This document shows positions 28,771 to 38,319 of a stretch of 50,000 nt of DNA, piece after piece. The stretch is taken from positions 1 to 50,000 of IMG/VR virus record IMGVR_UViG_3300027785_000036. One strand, 5' to 3'. The DNA is from a virus (Duplodnaviria; Caudoviricetes). Below the pieces are notes generated by a model. It worked only from the letters and a program-made list of their open reading frames with translations, was not told the DNA's origin and searched no databases. Both the position numbers and the translations under genes were made by a program. The first letter of the stretch is position 1. Each line of letters starts with the position of its first letter.

Positions 28771-29421
28771 TTAATTTTCCTTATAAAACTTTATATACTC
28801 CAATAATGTATTTATGTGGTCTGCCGTTTTCTCTATAAAAAGCAATGGTTCTTCATTATCAACAGCCATAATAATGACGATTTGTTCGATTCCTTGACCA
28901 ATTAGTTCTTCATACATGCAGGCATATGCCACACACTGTGCAAAATAATTGTCAATATCTTCTCTTTTTTTAATTCTTTTAGATGTTTTAAAGTCAATTA
29001 CAGACAAAACATCATCAAATTCACCAATACAGTCAACTCGGCCTGCCATACCAAGGTTTACAGACCAAAGTGTACATTCTTGGTAATGAATGTTGTTGAT
29101 TCGATTTAATAATGGTTTAAGTGGTAGAAACATGGCCTTTGCATCAGGCATAATTTCACCAACTGGTTCATTGTTTAGATATCGTTCACATAGTGTATGA
29201 ACATTCGTACCACGGGATGATGCCTTCCGTGATATCTTATTTGCCTCTTCTTCACCAACTCTTTTGCGCCACGCTAAAATGGATGCCTTACCTTTTGCAC
29301 CTATAACTGTGGTGACTGATGGTAATCTTGTGCCATCTGGTAGCTGATAGTATCTCTTACCATCAGGAAAGGTGGTTGCTTGTAGGTCTTGTAAATCTTT
29401 AGGTGGACAATAGTTGAACAT
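28771..29421 (-). CDS. PD-(D/E)XK exonuclease
   Basis: LPSVTTV, WRKRVGEEEANKIS..RGT.VH, AGRVDCI..VIDFKTS, Q..AYA. Confidence 0.88.
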   Translation of the reverse strand: MFNYCPPKDLQDLQATTFPDGKRYYQLPDGTRLPSVTTVIGAKGKASILAWRKRVGEEEANKISRKASSRGTNVHTLCERYLNNEPVGEIMPDAKAMFLPLKPLLNRINNIHYQECTLWSVNLGMAGRVDCIGEFDDVLSVIDFKTSKRIKKREDIDNYFAQCVAYACMYEELIGQGIEQIVIIMAVDNEEPLLFIEKTADHINTLLEYIKFYKEN

Positions 29422-29443
29422 AATGTATTCATGGTTAAATTTT

Positions 29444-29450
29444 TATTTAG
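29444..29450 (-). promoter_or_regulatory. T4-type late promoter-like motif
   Basis: CTAAATA upstream of the exonuclease. Confidence 0.5.
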
Positions 29451-29504
29451 TAGTCCATACCACGATACAAACTATCTCTATATCGTTCTATCTCTTTCAA
29501 ATTT

Positions 29505-29720
29505 TTAGCATACTCCGCTAATTCTTGTTCCAAACGTTTCTTCTTCATCTGTTCGTAGTAAATACGAATACTGCGAGGCATCATTCTTTTTTTGCTCATT
29601 CATACTTCCTTTTTTCTTTGTTGAATTTTTCTTGGAAGTATTAGGTTTCACGGAGGCTTTTTTAACATGCACACTCCTTGTTGGTGGTAAAAATAAAGCT
29701 GGAACTTGTGCCATTACCAT
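29505..29720 (-). CDS. hypothetical protein
   Basis: Overlaps the upstream stop; an alternative 44-aa ORF (29447-29581) overlaps its end. Confidence 0.4.
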   Translation of the reverse strand: MVMAQVPALFLPPTRSVHVKKASVKPNTSKKNSTKKKGSMNEQKKNDASQYSYLLRTDEEETFGTRISGVC

Positions 29721-29989
29721 TCTCGCTGCATCTTGGTCTTATGACCACTCATAGTGTTTCCTGGAATGGTATCTTTCATACGTTGTATGACATACTTTTC
29801 AAAAGTGGAGTCTGCCTTACCAGTTCCTGGTGTGTCCATACGCATACCATCACCAAAACCAGGAAGACCAGTTGGTGAGTGATATCTTACTAGGTGAGGA
29901 TTGTTGGTAACGAATTCATCATACTCAGCAAGGCGCATGGTATGTTCTTCGATTTGTTCGGTTTGTTTATTGTAAAAGTCGTATATCAT
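29714..29989 (-). CDS. conserved hypothetical protein (FmdB-like N-terminus lacking Cys)
   Basis: YDFYNKQT..M...EYDEF..NPHL. Confidence 0.65.
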   Translation of the reverse strand: MIYDFYNKQTEQIEEHTMRLAEYDEFVTNNPHLVRYHSPTGLPGFGDGMRMDTPGTGKADSTFEKYVIQRMKDTIPGNTMSGHKTKMQREW

Positions 29990-29998
29990 ATTGAATAT

Positions 29999-30562
29999 TT
30001 ATGCCTGAAACCATTGTGGAATTGGTCTATTTTTCCATTTAGCAAAACTTGCTTTTTCTTGTATATAGTATTTTCTGTAACTTTTTAACACATCATACTT
30101 ACGACCAGAAATAGGATTATCAGATAACACTTTACAATCTGCTGGCATGGCAGGTGTTGGTGGAAAGAATGAACCTTTTGAAATATTTTTTGGTGTGTTT
30201 CTGATAAATGGTAAATATTTTTCACATGCATGGATTCTACCATAACGATAGGTATATTCTTTGAGAAGCATTTCAGTCATGTTGTATAACCACATATAGT
30301 TCTCATTATTTTCACGGCACCAGATTGCACTAGGATGATTTAGGTGTGTAGCTTTCATAAGATTTTGTTCACGGTCATCAAATAACCGATATCTTTTGAT
30401 ACGCCGACCATTCGTAGTCAAGTCGGTATATTCTTTACCATCAAGCACACGATGCGCTGTAGAAAGTAGTTGTATTTGCTCAATTGGCATTTTAACAACG
30501 TGTTTATCTAAGTGTTCTTGCACACATAAATCAATAGAATCATTTACATAAAAGATATTCAT
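29999..30562 (-). CDS. pyrimidine dimer DNA glycosylase/endonuclease V-like family protein
   Basis: MNIFY..HLDKHVVKM..QLLSTAH, THLNHPSAIW, EYTYRYGRIH, AMP, YRKYY. Confidence 0.8.
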   Translation of the reverse strand: MNIFYVNDSIDLCVQEHLDKHVVKMPIEQIQLLSTAHRVLDGKEYTDLTTNGRRIKRYRLFDDREQNLMKATHLNHPSAIWCRENNENYMWLYNMTEMLLKEYTYRYGRIHACEKYLPFIRNTPKNISKGSFFPPTPAMPADCKVLSDNPISGRKYDVLKSYRKYYIQEKASFAKWKNRPIPQWFQA

Positions 30563-30687
30563 AGGAACAGGTGTTTAAAGAAAGCAAACAATAGGCCAAA
30601 AATTAATGTTGGTACTATTATACCCCAAATAAAGATGATTGGCAACCATAGAGGTAAAAATAGGATACAAATTATCCACTTTTTCAC
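30559..30687 (-). CDS. 42-aa membrane peptide
   Basis: Manual translation MKKWIICILFLPLWLPIIFIWGIIVPTLIFGLLFAFFKHLFL; coupled at both ends (GTGA, ATGA). Confidence 0.6.
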   Translation of the reverse strand: MKKWIICILFLPLWLPIIFIWGIIVPTLIFGLLFAFFKHLFL

Positions 30688-30980
30688 ACCAATAACATCC
30701 TTATTAAACCAATAAAATCAATCGTAACCAACAACATATAATTGGCTAACATACCAAAAGACTTACGAGTATAAGCAGCCCAAGCATACAAGGCGCAACC
30801 AGTAATCCATACAGGATAAAGAGCCAAAAGGGGGGGATTTGGAACTGTAACTGCCATAGTAATACTGCAACCAATAGAAATAGCCCAAGCGAGCAACTCA
30901 ATAACAAAACGAGAGCGATTACTATACCAATCATTTTTTATCCACTCAAAGCTTGGTTTCAGAGAATCCATCATCTTCAT
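30684..30980 (-). CDS. small 3-TM membrane protein
   Basis: Three hydrophobic helices. Confidence 0.7.
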   Translation of the reverse strand: MKMMDSLKPSFEWIKNDWYSNRSRFVIELLAWAISIGCSITMAVTVPNPPLLALYPVWITGCALYAWAAYTRKSFGMLANYMLLVTIDFIGLIRMLLV

Positions 30981-31143
30981 CTACAAATTCTAAAACACCA
31001 TTGAAGTAGTAACCACAGCCACGCAAGAAGGTTTGAAATTCTTCAATTACTTCTGGTAAAAAGTGTGCATCAGTTTGCACAGTTGTAGTCCGACTGGCAC
31101 CTATACCAGACTCTTGTATACATTTAAATTCAAATTTTGTCAT
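30946..31143 (-). CDS. hypothetical protein
   Basis: EF..FLRGCGY motif; ATGA coupling. Confidence 0.7.
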   Translation of the reverse strand: MTKFEFKCIQESGIGASRTTTVQTDAHFLPEVIEEFQTFLRGCGYYFNGVLEFVDEDDGFSETKL

Positions 31144-31436
31144 AGTTTAGGAATTTCATATTCTGGTGTTGTAGATTTCTTGCCTTTTGCTTCTGATGTT
31201 ACTTTAGGAAATCTAGCAGCAATATCTTCAGCACTTACAGGTTGAATTGCAAACTGTTTAAACTGTTCATATGAATCGGTTACTTTCATTGATGTTTTAC
31301 CACCAACGGCAGCCGCATCAGGAAAAAACAAAGCGCAACCACCGGATGCCAATGGTGCAATTTCCATTACAGATTCCAAATTAATAATAACTGGACAATT
31401 TTTATCAATAGAATTGACTTCAATAAACAAACTCAT
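31140..31436 (-). CDS. hypothetical protein
   Basis: AAGGAG SD. Confidence 0.7.
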   Translation of the reverse strand: MSLFIEVNSIDKNCPVIINLESVMEIAPLASGGCALFFPDAAAVGGKTSMKVTDSYEQFKQFAIQPVSAEDIAARFPKVTSEAKGKKSTTPEYEIPKL

Positions 31437-31445
31437 ACTAACTCC

Positions 31446-31691
31446 TTATTTTTTATCACAATCAGGCACCCGTACAAGATATACGGTTACATCATCGTTA
31501 GGTCGTACAAAAAAACATTCACCTTTGATTGACCAGGTCAGGTGATTTTGGATACCATCTTTAAAATCTTTTAGTACCGGATTTACTTTTGGTGGCATTG
31601 GAAAAAATAATACAACAACGACAATCACCACTATTATAGGTATCATCCACCAAGGAAATCCCTCAAATATATTAATAATATTTTTCCACAT
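31446..31691 (-). CDS. hypothetical membrane-anchored protein
   Basis: N-terminal TM segment; operon packing. Confidence 0.65.
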   Translation of the reverse strand: MWKNIINIFEGFPWWMIPIIVVIVVVVLFFPMPPKVNPVLKDFKDGIQNHLTWSIKGECFFVRPNDDVTVYLVRVPDCDKK

Positions 31692-31693
31692 AA

Positions 31694-31933
31694 TTAACCT
31701 CTTGTTACAACATCATAAAAAATATAAGCCACAAAACTCATGAATGCTGCCATACTAGAATAGAATAACATAGCAGTAACTCTTTCACCATAGTATTTTT
31801 TTTCAAGTGCAATCATATCACGCTGAGCACGTACCATCTCTGGTGCCTCACGTTCACCACCTAGCATCATAACAGTTTTCTTGGATTCTTCCAATCGTCT
31901 GCTTGCCGAAATGTAATGTATAATACTAATCAT
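31694..31933 (-). CDS. hypothetical protein with C-terminal TM
   Basis: Operon packing. Confidence 0.65.
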   Translation of the reverse strand: MISIIHYISASRRLEESKKTVMMLGGEREAPEMVRAQRDMIALEKKYYGERVTAMLFYSSMAAFMSFVAYIFYDVVTRG

Positions 31934-32148
31934 TAGTGTACCGCTTCAATAACCTTTGGTTTAAATGCTGGTATTTTTTCCAGCAATTTTCTAAAGTCAT
32001 CACCAGAACCTGTAACATCATTGGCCAATACCAATCTAGCCGTCACAACTGAACTCAATGTTAATGGATCCAATCCATATTTGTTAATCATCATCAAAAT
32101 AAAAGTATCTACTTCAAATGCTATATCTTCAATTTTATTGTCTGTCAT
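31933..32148 (-). CDS. hypothetical protein
   Basis: Start reassigned to MTDNKIE. Confidence 0.65.
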   Translation of the reverse strand: MTDNKIEDIAFEVDTFILMMINKYGLDPLTLSSVVTARLVLANDVTGSGDDFRKLLEKIPAFKPKVIEAVH

Positions 32149-32149
32149 A

Positions 32150-32794
32150 TCAATCCCACAATCCTTCATAGTATTTACCAAACAAACGGAACCCATTAGT
32201 GATTCGTTTCTGTACTTCTCTCATGCCTTCATAATCACATTTGTATGTATCATTTGGACCCTTTTCAAAGGTAAACAATGTTGGTTTACCGTCAGCGTCC
32301 CATTCACATGCTACACTTTTCATATCATGTTCACCTGAACTGAATTTTTCTTCCCATGAATCATCAATCTTACATTCAAAAGCAAAAATCATTTCATTCA
32401 ATACATAATCCCAACGAGCAAAGTGGTGCCCATCAACATCATATTCATCTTTAGCTGGTGAAGTCCAAGATTGTAATTCTATTGGTACATCTTCATCATC
32501 AACATGAGGTGAGCCATGTTTTTCTTTTTGTATTTTCTTCAACATAGGCAAAATGATATCAGCCAAGGTGTGATCCATTGACCATGTATCATAATAATCA
32601 ATCTTCACATAACTAATTCGAGGATGAATAAAATCCATAACAGCCTGATATGCTTTAGAAAAAGGTTGCAAACGGTCTGCCCATTTTTCAATCAATGGTT
32701 CATCATAATCAATCTCACGCCAAAAGAATACTTTCTCCAGTATTATATACGGAGAAATCCAATGATGGCGGTAATTTGACTTATAAACTATCAT
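32150..32794 (-). CDS. conserved hypothetical phage protein
   Basis: DTWSMDHTLA.II.PML..WDYVLNEMIFAF..GFRLFGKYYEGLWD. Confidence 0.8.
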   Translation of the reverse strand: MIVYKSNYRHHWISPYIILEKVFFWREIDYDEPLIEKWADRLQPFSKAYQAVMDFIHPRISYVKIDYYDTWSMDHTLADIILPMLKKIQKEKHGSPHVDDEDVPIELQSWTSPAKDEYDVDGHHFARWDYVLNEMIFAFECKIDDSWEEKFSSGEHDMKSVACEWDADGKPTLFTFEKGPNDTYKCDYEGMREVQKRITNGFRLFGKYYEGLWD

Positions 32795-32796
32795 TT

Positions 32797-33636
32797 TTAA
32801 ACCTTTAACATTTCTTCTATTGTAATATTGGCCAATGGCATATATGATGATACATCATCTAATACAGTTTTTGCAACGTCACCTTCACGGCGTTGCATAA
32901 TCTTTACACCAAAATCACAGTTGTTTGCTTTCTTAAATGCATTCACCATTTCTATTACAGAATGTCCCTTACCATGTCCTAGGTTTTCAATCAAAGAATT
33001 AGATGTTGGTGTATCAACAGCAAACTTAATTGCTAGACATACTTCAGTAACATGGAGATAATCTCTGATAGCAGAACCATCAGGCAACATATCATAATCA
33101 ATACCATACAGATGAAATAAACCAGTCTCTTTGGCTTTCATTAGATTATACATTAGACCATCCACATTGGTTGGTTCATAACCATTAGTACCAATCACAT
33201 TATAGAATCGGAATATTGTGCATTTCTTGTTATTCAATTTACAATACTGGCGAACTAATTGTTCAGATACAAATTTTGACATACCATATGGACTGGCAGG
33301 ATCTGTGGCAGCACCAGTTGAAGCAAAGATAAAATGTTTATAACTAACTCGTTCCAACATATTTAAAGTACCAATGACATTGTTACGGTAATATTCCATT
33401 GGTGCCTGCATTGACATACCAACATTGACCAATCCAGCCAAATGAATGACTGTATCGTATTCACCATTAATTTCAGAGTTTTCTAAAATATTTTGGCCAA
33501 TGAATTCATGGCACAATTGCTTGCGCCACATTTTATCAACACCAGTTAAATGGTAGTCATCTTCATATACAGCCAACAAGGCCGCCAGATGGCGACCAAT
33601 GTAACCAGAACTACCCGTTATTAGAATTTTCTTCAT
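32797..33636 (-). CDS. NAD-dependent epimerase/dehydratase (GalE-like)
   Basis: ILITGSSGYIG, HLAG, YYRNNV, SPYGMSK (YxxxK), FRFYNV, IRDYLHV, RREGD. Confidence 0.88.
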   Translation of the reverse strand: MKKILITGSSGYIGRHLAALLAVYEDDYHLTGVDKMWRKQLCHEFIGQNILENSEINGEYDTVIHLAGLVNVGMSMQAPMEYYRNNVIGTLNMLERVSYKHFIFASTGAATDPASPYGMSKFVSEQLVRQYCKLNNKKCTIFRFYNVIGTNGYEPTNVDGLMYNLMKAKETGLFHLYGIDYDMLPDGSAIRDYLHVTEVCLAIKFAVDTPTSNSLIENLGHGKGHSVIEMVNAFKKANNCDFGVKIMQRREGDVAKTVLDDVSSYMPLANITIEEMLKV

Positions 33637-33919
33637 CTTTAGTATATTCTATTTTATTAATATAAACTCGTTGTTGTTCTTTCGACCACTTTGAAAGATA
33701 ATCATTATCTCTCAAAAACAACTCATGGTATTGTTCTAATGAAATCTCACGGGAATCAAAGATGTGTGTGCCAAGGTGTTCCTGTGAGAACTCTTTGAAT
33801 TCAGTTTCACTTTCACGGCATACAACCTCATCAAGTGCATGAGATTCTTCTTTAGCTTCTACAACATAACGCATGCGAAATGAAGAGACAACATCAACAA
33901 CAAATAATTTCTTTTCCAT
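33611..33919 (-). CDS. hypothetical protein
   Basis: Start reassigned to MEKKLF (GAGG SD). Confidence 0.7.
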   Translation of the reverse strand: MEKKLFVVDVVSSFRMRYVVEAKEESHALDEVVCRESETEFKEFSQEHLGTHIFDSREISLEQYHELFLRDNDYLSKWSKEQQRVYINKIEYTKDEENSNNG

Positions 33920-33920
33920 A

Positions 33921-34805
33921 TTACACCTCAAAAAAACATAACTCAAATTGATCCGCACGGTCTTCATACGCATCATAACCTCTTGGATTACATAGAATAC
34001 GAGTACCACCAATCATGTAATCAAACACTTCATGTGTGTGTCCGTGTGTCCATACTTTAATCTGTGGATGATCCAGAATAAATTCCGACAACTCAGAACT
34101 GTAAGCACCGTTTACCATAACATCTTTTTGATATTTTGGTTTGGTACTTAGTTTACTCGGAGCATGATGACCAATGACAACATATTTATTGCTGGCATTA
34201 GACTCAACAGTTGCCTTGATTGTATCCAACATTAGTTTGTGTTCAACAACCGATGCTTCTGGTGACCACTTACTTGGCAATTTTTGTTTACCTGTATATG
34301 GTTCATTGTTTTCATTAAACATCCAGATTTCTGTTTCTGTATTGGTACGGCTATCTTTGATGATACGATAATCATTCATGTAACCTTTGATACCAAACAA
34401 TGTTTGTGGGTCTTCCTTGTTCATATCAGTCCACAATGTACCTGCAATAAAGGTAACATCTTCAATGACCATAGTCTGGCGTTCCATGATAAACACATTT
34501 TCCAAGTAACTCAGGCGTTCACGAATGATATCCAAACCTGTTGCAAAATCACCATGATAGTATTCATGGTTACCCATGATGTAGATAACATTAGGGAAAC
34601 GCTCAGAACATTCTTGGAAGAATTTGTGATACTGTTCAGATTTATTTTTACCATTCACTATAAGACCGGTAGCATCACCAAGTTCATTCAAATCAACAGC
34701 AACAAGAATATCACCGGACAAGATTAATACTTCGGCATTCTCTGTATTTTGTAGAGAAATTGCGCCAAATTCTAAATGTAGGTCAGAGCAGAGAGCGATT
34801 TTCAT
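33921..34805 (-). CDS. calcineurin-like metallophosphoesterase
   Basis: SDLHLE, SGD, GNHE, HHAP, HGHTH, NPRGY. Confidence 0.92.
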   Translation of the reverse strand: MKIALCSDLHLEFGAISLQNTENAEVLILSGDILVAVDLNELGDATGLIVNGKNKSEQYHKFFQECSERFPNVIYIMGNHEYYHGDFATGLDIIRERLSYLENVFIMERQTMVIEDVTFIAGTLWTDMNKEDPQTLFGIKGYMNDYRIIKDSRTNTETEIWMFNENNEPYTGKQKLPSKWSPEASVVEHKLMLDTIKATVESNASNKYVVIGHHAPSKLSTKPKYQKDVMVNGAYSSELSEFILDHPQIKVWTHGHTHEVFDYMIGGTRILCNPRGYDAYEDRADQFELCFFEV

Positions 34806-34811
34806 AGTAGT

Positions 34812-34840
34812 ATTATATCACAAACAGGTATACATGTCAA
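34812..34840 (-). promoter_or_regulatory. sigma70 early promoter
   Basis: TTGACA-N17-TATAAT. Confidence 0.85.
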
Positions 34841-34865
34841 GTGGTTTGTTGTTTTTATACAACGA

Positions 34866-35213
34866 TTACTTTTTGTCTAATTTAGGTTCTTGTTTAACTG
34901 GTTCTTCCAACATAACAGGTTCAAATGCTGCACGGTGATTAATCATCATCATAATACCTTGCCATATTCCATACAAAGGGAATGAAATGATTGCCAACAG
35001 TCCAACAGTAATCAAACCAAATAAGAATACTGTTTTAGTAAACAATACAAATACAATCTCAAGCATTAGATTCCAAAATCCTCTAGTGCCAATTGTGCCT
35101 TCTTCAGCAACAGCAGGCGTATCACTACGCACATGTTTAACAAATTCTTGTTCCTGAACTAACGATTGCTTGATAAAGATATCAACCAATCCACGATATA
35201 ACTTTAACATCAT
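34866..35213 (-). CDS. hypothetical membrane protein
   Basis: AAGGAG SD; long hydrophobic segment. Confidence 0.7.
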   Translation of the reverse strand: MMLKLYRGLVDIFIKQSLVQEQEFVKHVRSDTPAVAEEGTIGTRGFWNLMLEIVFVLFTKTVFLFGLITVGLLAIISFPLYGIWQGIMMMINHRAAFEPVMLEEPVKQEPKLDKK

Positions 35214-35222
35214 AACTTCTCC

Positions 35223-35618
35223 TTAATGATATTTAATTTGGCGATTTTGCCGTTTATAACTAACATCTGACAATTTGGCTTCATTAACCAATTCTTTTTC
35301 TGCTGCTAGGCGTTCAGCCCATAGTTTCTCACACTTTGCTTTAGGGTAGTCAGCAACCACCACGCAATCTTCCATGAATGCCAATTTATCTTCATCAACA
35401 GGTTCAACCTTAGTTACCTCAATCTTGGTAGGTTCTTCTACCTTAGCAACAGTTGATGTTTCAATGAATAGAAATGCAACAGTCAACATAACTGCACCTG
35501 GAACAATAATGTGCCAATACATACCAAGTACAACTGCTACGATAACAAACAGCACACCAAGTAATAACATTGAATGTGTAATACCTACGCTCGAGAGAGC
35601 AGACATTGCGGGAGACAT
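35223..35618 (-). CDS. hypothetical membrane protein
   Basis: Two N-terminal TM segments and a Cys pair. Confidence 0.7.
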   Translation of the reverse strand: MSPAMSALSSVGITHSMLLLGVLFVIVAVVLGMYWHIIVPGAVMLTVAFLFIETSTVAKVEEPTKIEVTKVEPVDEDKLAFMEDCVVVADYPKAKCEKLWAERLAAEKELVNEAKLSDVSYKRQNRQIKYH

Positions 35619-35626
35619 ACTAATCC

Positions 35627-35887
35627 TTACTTAAAAGTTGCTTCATAAACATCACATTGCACAGCGACAGGCACAATGATAGTACCGTGATCCGTTGGTT
35701 GTGGTACTCTTTGTATGATTGGTTTCATACGAGCATTCACACACTCACGGGCTGCCATGATTACCTCGGTCCTATCCATTTGTTTTATCTTATCACCACC
35801 AGGCAACACGATAACAGATGGAATTTTAGATAGACCATGACAACCTGTCAACAGGAGTAATGGCAGAATTAAATACACGGGTTTCAT
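35627..35887 (-). CDS. putative lipoprotein
   Basis: Lipobox LLLLTGC. Confidence 0.7.
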   Translation of the reverse strand: MKPVYLILPLLLLTGCHGLSKIPSVIVLPGGDKIKQMDRTEVIMAARECVNARMKPIIQRVPQPTDHGTIIVPVAVQCDVYEATFK

Positions 35888-35894
35888 AATATAA

Positions 35895-36116
35895 TTACCT
35901 TTTGGTAAATTGTTTCAAAAGTTTTTTGGCATCGTCTAGGAATGGAACAGCATCAATAAATTCATAGTGTTGCTGAAGCACCTCTGCCTTTGCAATACGA
36001 ATCAATTTCAATGCATAATCCAAATCTTCAGATGATGCCTGTTCCATCCATTCCTCAAATTCTTTTTCATCTCCGTGTAAGAAGAATTCAAGATTGTCAC
36101 GGTCGAAATCATTCAT
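35895..36116 (-). CDS. hypothetical acidic protein
   Basis: ATGA coupling. Confidence 0.7.
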   Translation of the reverse strand: MNDFDRDNLEFFLHGDEKEFEEWMEQASSEDLDYALKLIRIAKAEVLQQHYEFIDAVPFLDDAKKLLKQFTKR

Positions 36117-36313
36117 TTGGTGGTCACAGTATTCTTGAATAAAAAACCAGTCAATAGGTTAATACCCCATGCCTGTATCCATTCAATTTGATTAATGCCT
36201 GCAACAGCACCAACTAAGCAACTGTTCCAAAGAATCATTACTGGCCAACTCAACAAGAAGCTGAGTAGAATAACAATGCCGAGTAAACCTACAATTGGTG
36301 CAATTTTTTCCAT
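36113..36313 (-). CDS. small membrane protein
   Basis: WPVMILWN..I.WIQAWG. Confidence 0.7.
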   Translation of the reverse strand: MEKIAPIVGLLGIVILLSFLLSWPVMILWNSCLVGAVAGINQIEWIQAWGINLLTGFLFKNTVTTK

Positions 36314-36314
36314 A

Positions 36315-36641
36315 TTATGCCGTTACTGTTTCTGTAGGAGCAACAGTTGTTTTCTCTGTAGAAACAGTTTGCTTGCCAACATAACGGCCGTTAGCATCAA
36401 ACTCGGTGTGGTTAACCAATTGATATGCTTTGACCTTACGACCTTCTTTGAGAACTTTCACGATACCACCGTCTTTACGGATATTGTAAATGTTTGTTGA
36501 TAACCGATACAGAACCGATTCTTGGTCTGTGCCAGCAAATACAGATTTGATTTCATCTGGAGATACTGGTTTGCCTGAAAGCAAGGTTACTGTGATTTTT
36601 TCATGGCGATTTGGTTTGCCTTTACGAATTGTGTTTGACAT
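36315..36641 (-). CDS. putative winged-helix DNA-binding protein
   Basis: LLSGKPVSPDEI..RLSTNIYNIRKDGGIV..AYQL pattern; has its own promoter; start reassigned to MSNTIRK. Confidence 0.55.
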   Translation of the reverse strand: MSNTIRKGKPNRHEKITVTLLSGKPVSPDEIKSVFAGTDQESVLYRLSTNIYNIRKDGGIVKVLKEGRKVKAYQLVNHTEFDANGRYVGKQTVSTEKTTVAPTETVTA

Positions 36642-36684
36642 ATAATGTCCTTTCAAAATTTAATAATAAAATACCAACATATGG

Positions 36685-36713
36685 ATTATAACACAAATAT
36701 GGCATGTTGGCAA
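36685..36713 (-). promoter_or_regulatory. sigma70 early promoter
   Basis: TTGCCA-N17-TATAAT. Confidence 0.8.
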
Positions 36714-36731
36714 CCATACCTGTGTAGGATT

Positions 36732-37865
36732 TTAGAACGGGTCATCCGTTGTTGCTGGTGCTTGTTGTGGAGATTCCACTTTATCATCCACTTTAGAATA
36801 CAAATCCAAGAATGCTGTCTTGGTCTCAGTATCAAAGCGAGACACACAAAGTTCAATTGCTTTCATTTTATCACCAAAGATTTTGAATGCCTGTGCAATA
36901 TGAACCAATCGGCGTGTAGAGATAATCTCATCAACAGCACCTTGTTCAAACGATTTACGAACCACATCAGCCCATTGGCATAGGTTCTCAACAAACTCAG
37001 CATCGGCAATCAATGGTGTAAGAATCTTTTTCTCTGTCTTGGCATCAGGATATTCCTGTTCAACGGTGACAGGGAATCTTTCTAAGAAAGCATCATCAAG
37101 TATTTGTGATAGATAACGGCCTTCTTCTGAACCTTTGCCTTTAGTGTTTGCAGTTGCAATCACATTGAAACCATTCTTTGGATGAACCAACTCACCAGAT
37201 TTCTTATTGAAGTGTGGTTTGCCTTCTAAGATACCTTGTAGACACATTAGTTTATTAGAACCACGGTCAACTTCGTCAATCAATAGAATGGCGCCACGCT
37301 TCATTGCAATAATAACAGGACCATCACGATTGACCACATTACCATTGATAAGAGTAGGACCACCAAGTAAGTCAGTTTCGTCCGTTTCGATAGACACGTT
37401 GACACGGATACACTCCCGCTTAAGTTCAGCGCAGACTTGCTCCACCATGAGGGTTTTCCCGTTACCAGATAGACCTGTGATAAAAACAGGATAAAATTGA
37501 GCAGACTTAATAATATTATTAAGGTCTTTAAAGAAGCCAAAAGGAACATAATCGGGATATTTTAAAGGGATTGAAACATCTGAATCATCAATCAACTTTG
37601 GTTGTTTGAAGGACAGCACTTGTGCAGATAAGGCCATTTCTAATTCAGGCTCATCTTGTTTAACTACTGGCTTGGTGCCAATATCAGGTAATTGGTATTG
37701 GCCACGACCTGAACGATATTCAGATTTGGTTACAAACCAAAATGGAAAGGACATATCTTCTTCACGTGCAACATGCTGAATGTTATCACGGCTCAATACT
37801 GAACCTACACCATACAAACGCTCTGCTGCTTTAACGAAAGCAACTTGATTTTTATTTAAACTCAT
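36732..37865 (-). CDS. cobS: CobS/MoxR-like AAA+ ATPase
   Basis: GLSGNGKT, LLIDEVD, ATANTKGKGSEEGRY, AFLERF, ISTRRL. Confidence 0.88.
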   Translation of the reverse strand: MSLNKNQVAFVKAAERLYGVGSVLSRDNIQHVAREEDMSFPFWFVTKSEYRSGRGQYQLPDIGTKPVVKQDEPELEMALSAQVLSFKQPKLIDDSDVSIPLKYPDYVPFGFFKDLNNIIKSAQFYPVFITGLSGNGKTLMVEQVCAELKRECIRVNVSIETDETDLLGGPTLINGNVVNRDGPVIIAMKRGAILLIDEVDRGSNKLMCLQGILEGKPHFNKKSGELVHPKNGFNVIATANTKGKGSEEGRYLSQILDDAFLERFPVTVEQEYPDAKTEKKILTPLIADAEFVENLCQWADVVRKSFEQGAVDEIISTRRLVHIAQAFKIFGDKMKAIELCVSRFDTETKTAFLDLYSKVDDKVESPQQAPATTDDPF

Positions 37866-37874
37866 AATATATCC

Positions 37875-38255
37875 TTAATTAGTATCAATCATCACACGGT
37901 CAAACTGTATCACACCATCTTCTTTGCCTGTTGCAAAATCAACTGGGAAATTCATAACAGCACCAAAACTTTTTATATCATCAAAGGTATCACCTCTGCG
38001 GATATCTTCTAATCTAATACAACCAATACCACCAGAATCAACTGAATGGTCAGTCCACATATTTGATTCATATCGACCATCACCATATTTGGTATTGTAT
38101 GTTACGAATCGGCGGCCATCTTTCAATGTGAATTCACCTTCATTACATCCATGGTCACTTCTGCCTTCAAATAGTAAACCACACACTTCGTCCCATTCTT
38201 CATCGGTCATTACATAACATAAGTCACCGACATAGTATTTGCCTGCTGGCATCAT
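37875..38255 (-). CDS. conserved hypothetical protein
   Basis: GKYYVGDLCYV..T.YGDG.Y..VDSGGIGCI. Confidence 0.8.
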   Translation of the reverse strand: MMPAGKYYVGDLCYVMTDEEWDEVCGLLFEGRSDHGCNEGEFTLKDGRRFVTYNTKYGDGRYESNMWTDHSVDSGGIGCIRLEDIRRGDTFDDIKSFGAVMNFPVDFATGKEDGVIQFDRVMIDTN

Positions 38256-38282
38256 AACAAAATTCCTTTCATTTGTATGTCA

Positions 38283-38311
38283 ATTATAACATAACCTAGA
38301 GTGGTTGGCAA
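38283..38311 (-). promoter_or_regulatory. sigma70 early promoter
   Basis: TTGCCA-N17-TATAAT, with GAGAACT 10 bp upstream. Confidence 0.8.
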
Positions 38312-38319
38312 GTATCACT

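Noticed and set aside
28771-29421. Cas4/CRISPR-associated nuclease
   Set aside because: Lacks the four-Cys Fe-S pattern and any CRISPR context; a common T4-like exonuclease.
35223-35887. Spanin pair
   Set aside because: The lipoprotein precedes the membrane protein, there is no long periplasmic coiled coil, and the genes are in an early operon.
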